A DNA stretch of 64,000 nucleotides. Origin: Thermodesulfobacteriota bacterium (GTDB taxonomy: Bacteria; Desulfobacterota; Binatia; Bin18). The DNA lies in the NCBI GenBank assembly GCA_964291405.2, contig OZ219926.1, forward strand, positions 4,064,001 through 4,128,000, read 5' to 3'. This document shows positions 1 through 11,172 of this stretch, piece by piece; within the stretch, counting starts at the first letter, position 1, and every line of letters starts with the position of its first letter. Below the pieces are notes generated by a model that did not search any database, was not told the origin of the DNA, and saw nothing but the letters and a program-made list of their open reading frames with translations. The position numbers and the translations under genes are program-made.

Positions 1-1647
1 GACCAGGGTGGAGGGCAGGGATTGCAGCAGGAGCAGGCCGAAGCCGATGGTCGCCACAAGCAGCAGGCCCATGGCCGGGCGATGGTGGAGAGCCCAGCGG
101 AGTGCACGCTCATAGCCGCGGTTCAGGCTGGCGAAGAAGGGTTCAAGGGCATAGTAGAAGCGTCCATGAACCGCCCGAACAGTCAGAAACTGAGAGCACA
201 ACATGGGCACCAGGGTCAGGGCGACAAAGGTCGAGATGAGGACGCTGGCGGCCATGGTCAGGGCAAATTCGCGAAAGAGACGGCCCAGGTTGCCGGTCAA
301 CAGAGAGAGGGGAATAAGGACGGCAACCAGCGCAACGGTCGTGGCAATGACCGGAAAGCCGACTTCCTTTGCCCCACGGCGGACACTGACTTGGCGCGTT
401 TCGCCCAACTCTTGCCGACGGTAGACGTTCTCCATCACCACAATGGAGTCGTCGACCAAGAGACCAATAGCCAGGACCAGGGCGAGCAGGGTGAGGACGT
501 TGACCGAAAAGCCGAGGACAAGCATGACGGCAAAGGTGCCGACTAAAGAGACGGGAATGGCAATCGATGAGATAAGCGTCGTTACCGCGGAGCGGAGAAA
601 GATCAGATTCACCATCACAACCAGGATAAAGACTATACCCAGGGTGAACCACACCTCTGCGAGAGAGGCTCGCACAAAGATCGTGCTATCGACCGCTACC
701 CGGAGATCGACCCCGTCCGGCAGGGCCGCGCGGATAGCCGGCAGGCTGCGCCGCACGGCGTCCGAGACTTCGAGCTGGTTTGAGCGCGACTGGCGGACGA
801 TGCCGGCGCCGACCGTCGAGCGGCCGTTAAGGCGGGTGAGCACATTATAATTCTCGGAGCCCAGTTCGGCCCAGCCAATATCCTTGAGGCGCACTCGGGT
901 CTCGCCTTCCTCGCGGATGATGAGGTTTTCGTACACGCCCGGGTCGTCAATCTGGGCATCGGCCAGCACGGTAAATTTTCGGGTCGTGCCCTCGACCTCG
1001 CCCGCTGGAACCTGGAGATTGTTCTCAATAATGGTGCGGTGAATATCGGCCGGGTCCACGCCGTGCAGCGCCATTTTTGCGGGGTCGAGCCAAATGCGCA
1101 TGGCGTACTTCCGCCCGCCGAGGAACACCTCGGCCACACCCGGCAGAATCTGAAGCGGCGGCTTGACAATGCGGTCCGCAATATCGGTCAGATCTTCCGT
1201 CGAATATGCTTCGCTCTGCAAACCGATCCACATAATCGGGAAGGTATTGGCCCCGGACTTGGCAACAATCGGCCGTTCGGCTTCCTCTGGAATATCGTCA
1301 AACGCGCGTTGGATTGCATTGCTGACATCGGTGACTGCCAGATCGATATCACGGCCGGCAACAAACTCGACCGTAATCGAGCCGCGACTGAAACCGCTAA
1401 TCGACGTGATATTGCGAATACCCTCGACACCGTTGAGGGATTGTTCAAGCGGCTCGGTGATGGTGCTCTCGACCGTCGTCGGGCTGGCCCCAACATAGAC
1501 CGTGGTAATCGAGACAACCGGGTTGTCGACGTCGGGGTATTCTCGGACCGGTATATATAAAAAGGCGGCAATTCCAGCCAGGACAATGAGCAGGCTCATC
1601 ACCGTCGCCAGAACCGGACGGGTAATGCACAGGTCGGAAAGAATCAT
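1..1647 (-). CDS. RND efflux permease subunit (AcrB/MexF-like), 3' end outside the window
   Basis: Read from ATG 1647: MILSDLCITRPVLATVMSLLIVLAG...VREYPDVDNPVV...AIGLLVDDSIVVMENVYR. The frame is open to the window edge and lies directly downstream of an adaptor gene. Confidence 0.95.
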   Translation of the reverse strand, partial: MILSDLCITRPVLATVMSLLIVLAGIAAFLYIPVREYPDVDNPVVSITTVYVGASPTTVESTITEPLEQSLNGVEGIRNITSISGFSRGSITVEFVAGRDIDLAVTDVSNAIQRAFDDIPEEAERPIVAKSGANTFPIMWIGLQSEAYSTEDLTDIADRIVKPPLQILPGVAEVFLGGRKYAMRIWLDPAKMALHGVDPADIHRTIIENNLQVPAGEVEGTTRKFTVLADAQIDDPGVYENLIIREEGETRVRLKDIGWAELGSENYNVLTRLNGRSTVGAGIVRQSRSNQLEVSDAVRRSLPAIRAALPDGVDLRVAVDSTIFVRASLAEVWFTLGIVFILVVMVNLIFLRSAVTTLISSIAIPVSLVGTFAVMLVLGFSVNVLTLLALVLAIGLLVDDSIVVMENVYRRQELGETRQVSVRRGAKEVGFPVIATTVALVAVLIPLSLLTGNLGRLFREFALTMAASVLISTFVALTLVPMLCSQFLTVRAVHGRFYYALEPFFASLNRGYERALRWALHHRPAMGLLLVATIGFGLLLLQSLPSTLV

Positions 1648-1650
1648 GGA

Positions 1651-2796
1651 TTAAAAATCACACGTCGTCAGCAGTGCAGTGCTTGCCCCGAGTGCAAGGT
1701 TGGTATTCTCAACCGGCTCATACGGGGTCGGCTGTACTCTGTCTCCGGGTCGCAGTTTCTGGTGCCCAGCAACAATGATGGTATCTCCGGGCTTGAGCCC
1801 GCTGAGAACCTCAACCTGCTGCAGGGCAAATTGTCCGAGCTGTACGTGTTGGCTCGCGACCAGATTATCATCTTGAAGCGTATACACGAGCCGCTTCGTT
1901 CCCTGCCGAATAATGGCCTCCAGGGGAATGGAGATCGCATCTGAGAGCCTGGCAACTTCGAGGCGTAAGGCTACGGCCATACCGGGCAAAAGCGTTCTCT
2001 CTTCGTTCGGAACAACAGCCTGCACCGTAACCGACCGTGTGTCCGGATTGAGGAAGGGGTCTATCACGCTGACGGTTGCCGTGAACCGACTCGTGCACTG
2101 ACCCGCTACCCCGCGAATGCGCTGGCCGGTTGCGAGGTCCGGTACATAGTGCTGTGGCAGGCTGAAGACCAGGTGCAGGGGGTGAACCTGGGTGATCCGG
2201 ACCATGGCATCGCCGGGCTCCAGATAGGTGCCCAGACTGACCTGGCGCAGCCCCAGGCGGCCGGTGAAGGGCGCACGGATAGTCATTTTACGTAAAATCG
2301 TTGTCGCCTCGTCCAGCTCTCCCTTGGTCGTTCGGACCGCCGCCTGCGCGTTGTCCAACGCCTGCTGGGAGCGCGCCCTCGGCGGCAGCTTGGTGAGCCG
2401 TTCCAATGTCGCCTGGGCGTTCTGATATTGGGCCTGGGCCACGTCGACCGCCGCCTGCGCCTCCGCGGCATCGATATGCGCCAGGACGTGACCCTGCCGA
2501 ACCTCCTGCCCTTCTGGAATATCGAGGAAGACAATCTTGCCGCTCCGGTCGGCGGTTACCTGGGTGGTTTGCGGGCTCTCAAGCCCGCCAACCGCCGAAA
2601 TTGTGCGCGGCAGATGCTGGGCCTTGAGCGTCAGCGTCTGTACGAGGATCGGTGGCGGTACAGGACTGCGCGACGGCTCTGCGGTTTTTTGACAGGCCCC
2701 GAAAAGGAGGCAGCCGAACACTAGGAACACCGGAACGAGCGGATATCCAGACAGCGCGAGTCTGGTAGAGTGCGGATGAACGTAACGGGTATGCAT
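1651..2796 (-). CDS. RND periplasmic adaptor (membrane fusion protein)
   Basis: Lipobox-like LFGAC, GQEVRQGHVLAHID, IRAPFTGRLG, LLPGM, GLKPGD; 3 nt from the RND permease. Confidence 0.93.
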   Translation of the reverse strand: MHTRYVHPHSTRLALSGYPLVPVFLVFGCLLFGACQKTAEPSRSPVPPPILVQTLTLKAQHLPRTISAVGGLESPQTTQVTADRSGKIVFLDIPEGQEVRQGHVLAHIDAAEAQAAVDVAQAQYQNAQATLERLTKLPPRARSQQALDNAQAAVRTTKGELDEATTILRKMTIRAPFTGRLGLRQVSLGTYLEPGDAMVRITQVHPLHLVFSLPQHYVPDLATGQRIRGVAGQCTSRFTATVSVIDPFLNPDTRSVTVQAVVPNEERTLLPGMAVALRLEVARLSDAISIPLEAIIRQGTKRLVYTLQDDNLVASQHVQLGQFALQQVEVLSGLKPGDTIIVAGHQKLRPGDRVQPTPYEPVENTNLALGASTALLTTCDF

Positions 2797-3208
2797 GAGT
2801 GATTGCCTGGAGAGACTATGCCGCGAGAGTGGAGGAGTGTGCTCGGTACGGCTGTAAAATGTCTACGCGCATAATCTCCTCAACCGTTTTTCAGCATGGC
2901 ATAAACACCGATGGGAGTCACTACGATCGAGCCATGACAGACAAACTTCTCTTGACGTGGGTTTGTAGGTGCGTCATGCAGAACGGGACCCGGCACTCGT
3001 CGGGGGTGGTCTGAGTCGGGGAACAGGAAGAGAGAGTATGAACACGCCATCAGTCCCCGGCGCTGGATTTCAACCATATTAAGTGTACCTGTTCCGGTAC
3101 GAAGAAGGTCAACCCGAATCACACTTTTCCCACAGGGCCGAACAAGATTTTTTCCTAAGCGTGTCGCACGCCTCAAAAAGCTCCGAGGGAAAGACTGAGA
3201 GGATATAT

Positions 3209-4180
3209 ATGAAAGCCATGCGTCTAGCCGAGTTTGGTAGCCCGGAAAACTTGCGTCTTGAAGAAGCGCCTGATCCTGAGCTGAGAAAAGGTCATGTGGT
3301 GATCCGGGTCAAAGCCACCGGGATCAATCCTGCCGATCTGGTCCGCATGTCCGGAAGGTATCCACAACCGCTTCCACTTCCATATATCCCAGGTACGGAT
3401 GTAGCGGGTGAGGTCGAAGCGATTGGTGCGGGAGTGAGCCACGTCCGGGTTGGAGAGCGTGTCTTTGGCCGTTCGCTGAATGGGGGTGGCTATGCGGAAA
3501 AAGCTTGCCTGCCAACGAATGAGATATTTCAACTACCGGAAAATCTCTCATTTGCTGAAGGGGCAGCGATCCCGGTCCCGTTCTACACCGCCTATGTCGC
3601 TCTTCATCACAAGGCTCAAATTCAGTCAGATGAGACCGTACTGATCTCGGCTGGGGGCGGTGGAGTAGGGGTAGCGGCCATACAGCTTGCCAAAGCGGCT
3701 GGGGCGCGACTGATTACCACGGTCGGTTCACAAGAGAAGGCTGAACGAACAAAAGAGTTAGGCGCGGATGTCGCGCTGAATTACAAAGAGCAAGACTTTG
3801 CGGCTGAGGTACAAAAGCTGACTGACGGCAAAGGCGTAGATGTCATTATCGAGAATGTTGCGGCGGACAATTTTGCCAAAGACTTTAGCGCGCTTGGCAG
3901 ACACGGCCGCATCGTACTCATCGGTACCGGAACCGGCAAAGCGCCTGAGTCAACATTTATGACTGGTGCGGCGCTGTTTAAAGAAGTCACGATCTACGGC
4001 ATGGCCCTGTCGAACTCGGTTGCCCTAATCCCCGATATTGCCAACGCCCTCATTCCATTGTTCGCAGACCAGAAGGTCAAAGCCATGGTGTATAAGAGCT
4101 ATCCATTAGTGGAAGCACAACAGGCGCTACTGGATCTCGTTGCAGGAAAAGTGTTCGGGAAGTTAGTGCTTGCGCCATGA
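3209..4180 (+). CDS. NADPH:quinone reductase / MDR-family oxidoreductase
   Basis: PYIPGTDVAGEV, AGGGGVGVAAIQLAK, GKLVL; ATG 3209 follows GAGGA. Confidence 0.92.
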   Translation: MKAMRLAEFGSPENLRLEEAPDPELRKGHVVIRVKATGINPADLVRMSGRYPQPLPLPYIPGTDVAGEVEAIGAGVSHVRVGERVFGRSLNGGGYAEKACLPTNEIFQLPENLSFAEGAAIPVPFYTAYVALHHKAQIQSDETVLISAGGGGVGVAAIQLAKAAGARLITTVGSQEKAERTKELGADVALNYKEQDFAAEVQKLTDGKGVDVIIENVAADNFAKDFSALGRHGRIVLIGTGTGKAPESTFMTGAALFKEVTIYGMALSNSVALIPDIANALIPLFADQKVKAMVYKSYPLVEAQQALLDLVAGKVFGKLVLAP

Positions 4181-4220
4181 AGAGGGGCCATTGCTAACCA
4201 CCTCTACTCCTCTCGCTGCT

Positions 4221-5390
4221 CTAATGTTCGGTTTCCTGCGATCCTGTCATGTCGACAAAACGCCCGTGCCGGAAAGGATGGAGGGAGAGTGAAGGTTGTT
4301 TCTCGGTTGCGAGTTCACAAATGACCCGTCCAGTCATAGGACCCAAACAAAAGCCGTGCCCAGAAAAACCGGCAGCAATGATGAGCCCGTCGACTTCTGC
4401 GGTGCGTTCAATAACGGGGAGGCCATCCGGCGTGATATCGAGCAGCCCGCTCCATACCTGGTCAATCTTTGCCTGACCAAATGCCGGCAACACCTCAGTC
4501 GCACGGTCACTGATTGTCTCTATAACACGAGCGGCAAGCTGTTCTTCATTCGGCAACCCCTGCCAAGGCCCAACTCTCGCGTTCATCAGTAGTCGACCGC
4601 CTACCTCTTGACGGCCGGAAAAATCGGCGTTGGCCGTGCCAAGCACCTGTTGCAGGATGGGTCGTAACGGGGTCGTTTGCACAATCGACGCATGCGTGAT
4701 GGTCAGCGGCAGCTCGAGGCCGACCATTCTACACAGATGACCCGAATGCACACCGGCCGCAATCACTATAACGTCTGTCGCAACAGGACCTGCACTTGTC
4801 TGTACCCCGATGACCCGTCCACCCCCCACGTCGATTCCAGTGGCCGTTGTGTGGGTGAGGATGCTCGCTCCGTGCCGTTCAGCCGCAGCGGCAAAAGCCT
4901 GAACCGTAACAGCTGGATTCGCGTGACCATCGGTGGGGCAGTATGAAGCAGCCTGAACGGCTTCTGACAGCGCTGGGGCCACTTCTCGGACAGCAGCATT
5001 ATCTGGAAGAAACGTAAGATCAAGGCCTAATACGCGTTGCGCTTCTACCATGTGGGTAAGAGTTTCTACTTCCTCGGGGGTGCGGGCTAGGCGCAGATTT
5101 CCTTCTTGGCGATACTCTATGTCGGCTTCCAGTTCATCCGCCAGATTTTCCCAGCGACGGATCGCGGCCTGGGAGAAAGGTAATTCAGCCACGGCTCGGC
5201 CAGACTGTCGTACCCCGCCCAAGCTCAAACCCGAGGCCATGCTCGCCAGCGAACCTTGTTCAATGAGAGTCACAGACACGCCAGACCGGGCTAATTCATA
5301 GCACGCCGCTGCGCCACTAATACCTCCTCCAATGATGACGACATCCCGAACGTTTGCGGTCATATTGCTAAACCTTGCCCCATCTCTCAT
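4221..5390 (-). CDS. FAD-dependent oxidoreductase (DadA / sarcosine oxidase beta-like)
   Basis: DVVIIGGGISG, TPDGLPVI, GFSGHGFCLGP; alternative start at 5363. Confidence 0.9.
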   Translation of the reverse strand: MRDGARFSNMTANVRDVVIIGGGISGAAACYELARSGVSVTLIEQGSLASMASGLSLGGVRQSGRAVAELPFSQAAIRRWENLADELEADIEYRQEGNLRLARTPEEVETLTHMVEAQRVLGLDLTFLPDNAAVREVAPALSEAVQAASYCPTDGHANPAVTVQAFAAAAERHGASILTHTTATGIDVGGGRVIGVQTSAGPVATDVIVIAAGVHSGHLCRMVGLELPLTITHASIVQTTPLRPILQQVLGTANADFSGRQEVGGRLLMNARVGPWQGLPNEEQLAARVIETISDRATEVLPAFGQAKIDQVWSGLLDITPDGLPVIERTAEVDGLIIAAGFSGHGFCLGPMTGRVICELATEKQPSLSLHPFRHGRFVDMTGSQETEH

Positions 5391-5500
5391 ACCATGCCCA
5401 ACTGAAGATTGAACGCAAGGTGGTCATGGACTAAGAAGGAGAGGAAAGAATAAGCAGGTGATAACGGCGTCAGACACTGTTGCACTCAGAAGAGAGCGGT

Positions 5501-6706
5501 ATGGGCAAAGTCGGCATGTATGGCGAGCGAGTGAAGATTACTCGCGGCCCCTTCGACCCTGGCGGACAACCCCAGGTAGACAGCCCGCATCCCCTCGTCC
5601 TCGGCTTGTTCGCTTGGAACCTCACTGGTGGCGCCACTATCTCTAAGGCGGTTCAGGCGGACCCTGCGCGCTATCGTGACTTCTGGCACTGGGATACCGC
5701 CCGCTATTTGGTCCAGTTCGCCGAGCGTATTGGGTTTGAGTTCCAAGTGCCATTCGGGCGCTGGCTCGGCCACGGTGGCCCGAGCCGCTTTAATGAAGAC
5801 CAGCTCGATTTTTTAACTACCGCGGCGGCCTTGGCGCCCCTCACGCAGCAGATCCTGCTCTTCTCCACGGCTCACGTCACGTATGGCTTTCACCCGCTCC
5901 ACTTTGCCAAGTTTGGGGCCACGATCGACTACTTATCGGGGGGGCGATGGGGGCTCAACATTGTGACAGGCTGGATCGAAGATGAGCAGGCGTTGTTCGG
6001 ACAGACGTTTCCTGACCATGATTTACGCTATGAGATGGCAGACGAATTCACGACGTTGATGAAGTGGGCCTGGGCGAGTGAGGAGCCCATTACGTATGAG
6101 GGAGAGTTTTACAAGTCGTACGGGGCGTATGTGAGCCCCAAGCCGGTGCGTAAGCCGCGCCCGTATCTTGTCAATGCGGGATCGTCACCGGCGGGTATCG
6201 AGTTTACCGCAAAGCACTGTGACTGGCTGTTCTCTTCCGGGAATTTAGACAAGATACGGGCGGCAGCGGATGCAGTACGGGAACGCGCACGCCACTACCA
6301 ACGCCAAGTAGACACACTCACCACTGCGTACGTCATTATCGAGGGGACCGATGCCAAAGCGAAGGAGGTACGCGACTGGGTGGCAGCCGAGATTGACGAA
6401 GAGGCCACGGATACGTTTATCGAGCGGGCAACGTCGCAGCCCCACTCGTTTGCGCCCGAGCGGCGACGAGAGCCCAACACCCGGATTCGGCAGCAGACGG
6501 GCGAGGAAGCGTATCGCGACGTTGCCCTGGGACTCACCGCCTATAATGTCTATGGCAGTCCAGAGACAGTCGCTGAGCAGCTGCGTGAGGTACACCAGAA
6601 GGGCGGACAGCGGGGAGTGATGCTGTCGTTTTTCGATCCTGTCAAAGGCTTACACATGTTCCATGATGAAGTGCTGCCGCTGCTGCGCCAGATGGGCCTG
6701 CGGTAG
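5501..6706 (+). CDS. LLM-class flavin-dependent monooxygenase (SfnG/RutA-like), paralog 1
   Basis: RWLGHGG, STAH, GGRWGLNIVTGW, NAGSSPAG. Confidence 0.9.
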   Translation: MGKVGMYGERVKITRGPFDPGGQPQVDSPHPLVLGLFAWNLTGGATISKAVQADPARYRDFWHWDTARYLVQFAERIGFEFQVPFGRWLGHGGPSRFNEDQLDFLTTAAALAPLTQQILLFSTAHVTYGFHPLHFAKFGATIDYLSGGRWGLNIVTGWIEDEQALFGQTFPDHDLRYEMADEFTTLMKWAWASEEPITYEGEFYKSYGAYVSPKPVRKPRPYLVNAGSSPAGIEFTAKHCDWLFSSGNLDKIRAAADAVRERARHYQRQVDTLTTAYVIIEGTDAKAKEVRDWVAAEIDEEATDTFIERATSQPHSFAPERRREPNTRIRQQTGEEAYRDVALGLTAYNVYGSPETVAEQLREVHQKGGQRGVMLSFFDPVKGLHMFHDEVLPLLRQMGLR

Positions 6707-6759
6707 TAGGCCTGCGGCAGAGATTGAGTTCTGGTCTTGGGTTCTTTGGAGACAGATCT

Positions 6760-8814
6760 ATGGCGTGGGCTGTCGGTGTTGACGTAGGCGGAACTTTTAC
6801 GGATTTCTACGTGTTCGATGACGGATCGAATGGTGCCTTCGTCCACAAAGTCCCTTCGACGCCAGCCAACCCTGCACAGGCCATCATCGGTGGTTTGCAC
6901 GCCTTGTGCGCCGAACGCGGTATCGACCTCGGGACGATCCAGCGCCTTGCCCACGGGACGACTGTGGCCACCAATGCGCTGCTCCAGCGTCGTGGCGCCA
7001 CTGTTGCCCTGATCACAACCCAAGGCTTCAGAGACCTGCTTGAGATCGGTCGCCAGACTCGACCGCATATGTTCAGCCTCCAGGAGGATCACCCGCTCCC
7101 CCTGGTGCCACGCGAGCGGCGCCTGGAGGTGAAAGAACGGGTTACGTCTAGCGGCGAGATCCTCCATACTCTGAGCAGAGAATCTTTGGAGGATATAGTG
7201 ACCCAGGTGCGGGCCTCGGGCGCACAAGCCTGCGCCGTGTGCCTGCTGTTCTCTTTTGTGAATCCGAGTCACGAACAAAATCTTGCTCAGGCGTTGGCGG
7301 CTATCCCAGGCCTCTATATTTCCCTGTCGTCGGAGGTACGGCCAGAGTTTCGTGAATACGAACGGCTATCGACTACGGTGCTGAACGCGTATCTACAGCC
7401 GATTATCACCCAGTATCTGCGTCATCTGGAGGCCGAACTCGCCCAGGACCTGCCTGCAGCAGTCCTCGGTATCAATCAATCTAACGGCGGTTTAATGTCG
7501 ATCGAGCGTGCGCGCCGTTTTCCGATTCGCACCACGCTGTCTGGGCCAGCCGCCGGAGCGATTGGCGCGACCCACTTAGCCAGACTATCCGGTCGTCCGG
7601 ATGTGATCACGCTCGACATGGGGGGCACCAGCGCCGATGTTGCGCTGATCCGTAACTATGAAGCCGGGGTCTGCTTCGACCGGGAGGTTGGCGGCTTTCC
7701 CGTCCGCCTGCCCATGGTTGACATCAATACGGTCGGTGCTGGAGGTGGCTCGATTGCCTGGTTTGATCGTGACGAGCTGCTCAAGGTCGGCCCCACGAGC
7801 GCGGGTGCCGTGCCCGGCCCGGCGTGTTATGCGGCTGGTGGGGACCAAGCGACCGTGACTGATGCAAATGTCATCCTCGGCCGGCTCGCGCCCGGTGGTC
7901 TGCTCGGCGGAACAATGCCCCTCGATATCGACGCGGCACGTGCCGTCTTCGCTCCCCTGGCGGCGCGACTCGGTTTTACCCTAGAGCGGACTGCATCCGG
8001 TGTTCTCGACATCGTGGTTTCGAATATGGTCCGGGCAATTGGCGCTATCTCGATCGAACGCGGCCATGACCCGCGCGCGTGCGCCCTTATGCCGTTCGGC
8101 GGTGCTGGGCCGTTGCATGCCAGTGCTGTTGCACGCAGCCTGGGTATCCGCGAGATTGTCGTTCCGGCTGCCCCAGGCATCTTGTGCGCTCAGGGTTTGG
8201 TGGTATCCGATCTGAAGGAAGACTTCGTGCGCACGGCGCAGACGCGGGTTGACGAAAACCATATCGGCCAGATTCGAGATCACATTGGTACTCTGATGCG
8301 GGCAGGCGAGGCGTGGTGCGAGGCGGAGAGGCTAGCGCCGGACCGCCGGACCCTCCAGGTGGCATTGGACATGCGCTATGTCAGACAGAATTTTGAATTG
8401 TCCGTCCCGCTGGACGCTGACCTGCTCGCCAAGCTGTGCGAGGTGGACGTAGCGGCCCGGCTGTGTCGCCTGTTCTCTGAGGCACACGAGCGACACTATG
8501 GTTACGATAACCCCACCGACCCAGTGGAAATTGTGAACTACCGCTTGACCGCCCAGGGCCGACTGCATACGCCTCCCAAAGCGACGGCCGCTACTGCCAT
8601 GCACACACCAGAGCCGCTGGACACGCGCCGGGTGTATTTCACTGCCGACGAAGCGATCACGACACGAGTTTTCAGCCGCAACGCCCTGGCGCCTGGCCAT
8701 GTTCTGACTGGCCCAGCCTTGGTTGACCAACTCGACGCTACGACCCTGATCTATCCTGGCGATACACTGCGCGTTGACACTGCACGCAACCTCATTATCG
8801 AGGTCGCGTTATGA
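6760..8814 (+). CDS. Hydantoinase/oxoprolinase family, subunit A
   Basis: [44 protein letters not shown]. Confidence 0.95.
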   Translation: MAWAVGVDVGGTFTDFYVFDDGSNGAFVHKVPSTPANPAQAIIGGLHALCAERGIDLGTIQRLAHGTTVATNALLQRRGATVALITTQGFRDLLEIGRQTRPHMFSLQEDHPLPLVPRERRLEVKERVTSSGEILHTLSRESLEDIVTQVRASGAQACAVCLLFSFVNPSHEQNLAQALAAIPGLYISLSSEVRPEFREYERLSTTVLNAYLQPIITQYLRHLEAELAQDLPAAVLGINQSNGGLMSIERARRFPIRTTLSGPAAGAIGATHLARLSGRPDVITLDMGGTSADVALIRNYEAGVCFDREVGGFPVRLPMVDINTVGAGGGSIAWFDRDELLKVGPTSAGAVPGPACYAAGGDQATVTDANVILGRLAPGGLLGGTMPLDIDAARAVFAPLAARLGFTLERTASGVLDIVVSNMVRAIGAISIERGHDPRACALMPFGGAGPLHASAVARSLGIREIVVPAAPGILCAQGLVVSDLKEDFVRTAQTRVDENHIGQIRDHIGTLMRAGEAWCEAERLAPDRRTLQVALDMRYVRQNFELSVPLDADLLAKLCEVDVAARLCRLFSEAHERHYGYDNPTDPVEIVNYRLTAQGRLHTPPKATAATAMHTPEPLDTRRVYFTADEAITTRVFSRNALAPGHVLTGPALVDQLDATTLIYPGDTLRVDTARNLIIEVAL

Positions 8815-10511
8815 AGTTTGAGCAGCCTGAATTGGACCCCATCTTGCTGGAGATCGTGCATAATGCGCTGCGCTCGGTCACGGACGAGGTCTTCATCACT
8901 TTGATGAAAAGCGCGTATTCCACCAACATCAAAGAGCGGCGTGACCACAGTACTGGCTTTATCGATGCGCACGGACGTTTGATCGTTATGTCGGAGGCAT
9001 CACTGCCCATTCATCTCGGCTCGCTGTTGGGTGTAACGGAAACGCTGCGTGCTAAATACCAGCCGGAAGATATCGATGCCGGTGATATCTTCGTTGCGAA
9101 CGACCCGCATGTGGCGGGCGGTACTCATCTCCCCGACGTGACAATGGTGATGCCGGTGTTTATCGGCGCTACCCTAATCGGCTTTGTTGGCAACATTGCC
9201 CACCACGCTGATATCGGAGGCATGCAGGGCAGCTCCGTCGGGGATAGAGCTGATATTTACCAGGAAGGTGTCCGCATCCCGCTCATCAAGCTCTTCCGCC
9301 GGGGCGAGCTCCAAACGGACCTGCTCGACCTCCTTCTTCTCAATGTTCGAGTACCTGAGGAACGCCGGGGTGACTATTTTGCCCAGATCGCTGCCTGTCG
9401 ACTAGGCGCACGCCGAATCACGGAGCTGGCTGAAACTCATGGAACGGCAATACTTGAGGCGGTCTTCGACGCGATAGTTGCCCGTACCGAGCAGCGTATG
9501 CGTAACGCTGTGCAGACGATCCCCGACGGTGTGTATACCTTCGAGGATGTGCTGGACGATGACGGTTACGGCACATACGACATCCCGATTACGGTGCGTA
9601 TCGAGGTTGTCGGTGACCGCATCCGACTCGACTTCACCGGTACTGCGCCGCAGGTACCGGGTAACGTCAACACGGGTTTCAACGCAACCCAAGCGGCATC
9701 GTGCTACGCGATTAAGGCCCTCCTCGATCCAGAGGTTCCCAACAACCAGGGCGTCCTGAATGTTGTTGAGGTCTTCGTTCCCCAGGGCACACTCATTAAC
9801 TGTGTGTTCCCGAGTGCTGTAGTCCGGCGTTCCACCACCTGCCAGCGAATCGTCGACGTGGTCCTTGGCGCACTGACCGAAGCCTTGCCCGAGGCTTCCG
9901 TCGGCGCGGCAAATGGCGCCAACACGGTGGCCCAGTTCTCGGGTATCGATCCGGTGACTAAGCAACCGTACGTATATCTTGAAACGCTGGGTGGCGGCTT
10001 TGGCGGGCGTGCCACAAAGGACGGGAAAGACGCCGTTCAGGTCCATATCACCAACACCTCAAATCTGCCGGTCGAGGCGATCGAGATGGAATACCCGCTG
10101 TTAGTCGAAGGCTACGGCATCATCGAAGATTCGGGTGGAGCCGGCACGTTCCGGGGCGGCCTGGGCCTGCGGCGCATTGTCCGGCCGGTCGGACACACAT
10201 GCCTCTTCACCGGTGCGGGCGAACGGTTCCGCCATAAGCCCTGGGGTGTGTTTGGCGGTAAAGGGGGTAGGCCCGGACGCTATCTCCTCCGTACTGACGA
10301 TGGCACTCAGCTCAGACTCGACAACAAGCCTAGGGGCGTGAGCGTCACACCGAATCAGACCGTGGAGGTCGAGACGCCCGGCGCAGGAGGTTATGGTCCA
10401 CCCGCCCGGCGCGACAGAGACAATCTCCGCGAAGACCTACGCAGCGGCAAGTTTAGCGCGGCCTCTTTGAAAGCGCACTATGGTTTCGATCCTGACAGCA
10501 ATGACGAATAG
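8811..10511 (+). CDS. Hydantoinase B/oxoprolinase family
   Basis: NDPHVAGGTHLPD, AHHADIGG, GAGTFRGGLG, TPGAGGYG; ATGA overlap with subunit A. Confidence 0.95.
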   Translation: MKFEQPELDPILLEIVHNALRSVTDEVFITLMKSAYSTNIKERRDHSTGFIDAHGRLIVMSEASLPIHLGSLLGVTETLRAKYQPEDIDAGDIFVANDPHVAGGTHLPDVTMVMPVFIGATLIGFVGNIAHHADIGGMQGSSVGDRADIYQEGVRIPLIKLFRRGELQTDLLDLLLLNVRVPEERRGDYFAQIAACRLGARRITELAETHGTAILEAVFDAIVARTEQRMRNAVQTIPDGVYTFEDVLDDDGYGTYDIPITVRIEVVGDRIRLDFTGTAPQVPGNVNTGFNATQAASCYAIKALLDPEVPNNQGVLNVVEVFVPQGTLINCVFPSAVVRRSTTCQRIVDVVLGALTEALPEASVGAANGANTVAQFSGIDPVTKQPYVYLETLGGGFGGRATKDGKDAVQVHITNTSNLPVEAIEMEYPLLVEGYGIIEDSGGAGTFRGGLGLRRIVRPVGHTCLFTGAGERFRHKPWGVFGGKGGRPGRYLLRTDDGTQLRLDNKPRGVSVTPNQTVEVETPGAGGYGPPARRDRDNLREDLRSGKFSAASLKAHYGFDPDSNDE

Positions 10512-10675
10512 TGGAGTCAGTGTGACTCATTGGCGACAGGGTGATCCCTGCGTTTGCCGGATGATGCGACAGCAAACTGTTCCAGTGCGCGGTCAGGCCC
10601 AAAAGAGAGGTCGGTCATTCTGGACTAAAGAAGCGCGTAGGTGAAGAATTTCTCCGTAATATTTGAAAGGGAAAT

Positions 10676-11134
10676 TCACCCAAGATAACGGTACACCGTC
10701 TCGGCAACACACACGGGTTTCTGGCCGTTTTCGACTTCAAATAACAGGCCCAAAGTCACCTCCTGTCCGTCTTGAACAGGGGTGACGCGTCGAACGCTGG
10801 CCTGCAGTCGCACCCGTTTGCCAACGAGCAGCGGAGCGGGAAAACGCAGACGATTGATGCCGTAGTTCATGCCGAGCCGAGCCCCTTGGAGGTACCAGAT
10901 TTTTTTCAGCAGCCCCGGAGCAAGCGCCAGAATAAAATAGCCCGGCGCCACCGTCCCGCCAAAAGGAGACTCTTTTTTCGCTCGCTCCACGTCTTCGCAA
11001 AACCACTGATGGTCATCGGTTGCCGCCGCATAAGCATCGACGGCCCGCTGAGTGACGAGATACCAGTCCGATACCCCAACTTCCTGGCCGACGAGGGTGG
11101 AAAGGTCCTGGAGGAGAATCCGTTTTGCTGTCAT
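10676..11134 (-). CDS. MaoC-family (hotdog) dehydratase
   Basis: SDWYLVTQ, DDHQWF, NYGINRLRFPAP, KPVCVAE. Confidence 0.9.
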   Translation of the reverse strand: MTAKRILLQDLSTLVGQEVGVSDWYLVTQRAVDAYAAATDDHQWFCEDVERAKKESPFGGTVAPGYFILALAPGLLKKIWYLQGARLGMNYGINRLRFPAPLLVGKRVRLQASVRRVTPVQDGQEVTLGLLFEVENGQKPVCVAETVYRYLG

Positions 11135-11172
11135 GGAGAGAACCTTAGGGTCATAACCGTAACGATGATTCC

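Noticed and set aside
2797-3208. ORFs 2799-3014 and 2880-3176 in the 410-bp divergent gap
   Set aside because: No recognisable motif or convincing ribosome-binding site; more likely promoter DNA
5418-10633. Loose direct repeat (GGTCA..TGGACTAA.GAAG) near 5420 and 10612 flanking the LLM-hydantoinase block
   Set aside because: Needs three indels to align and there is no integrase or tRNA; could be chance
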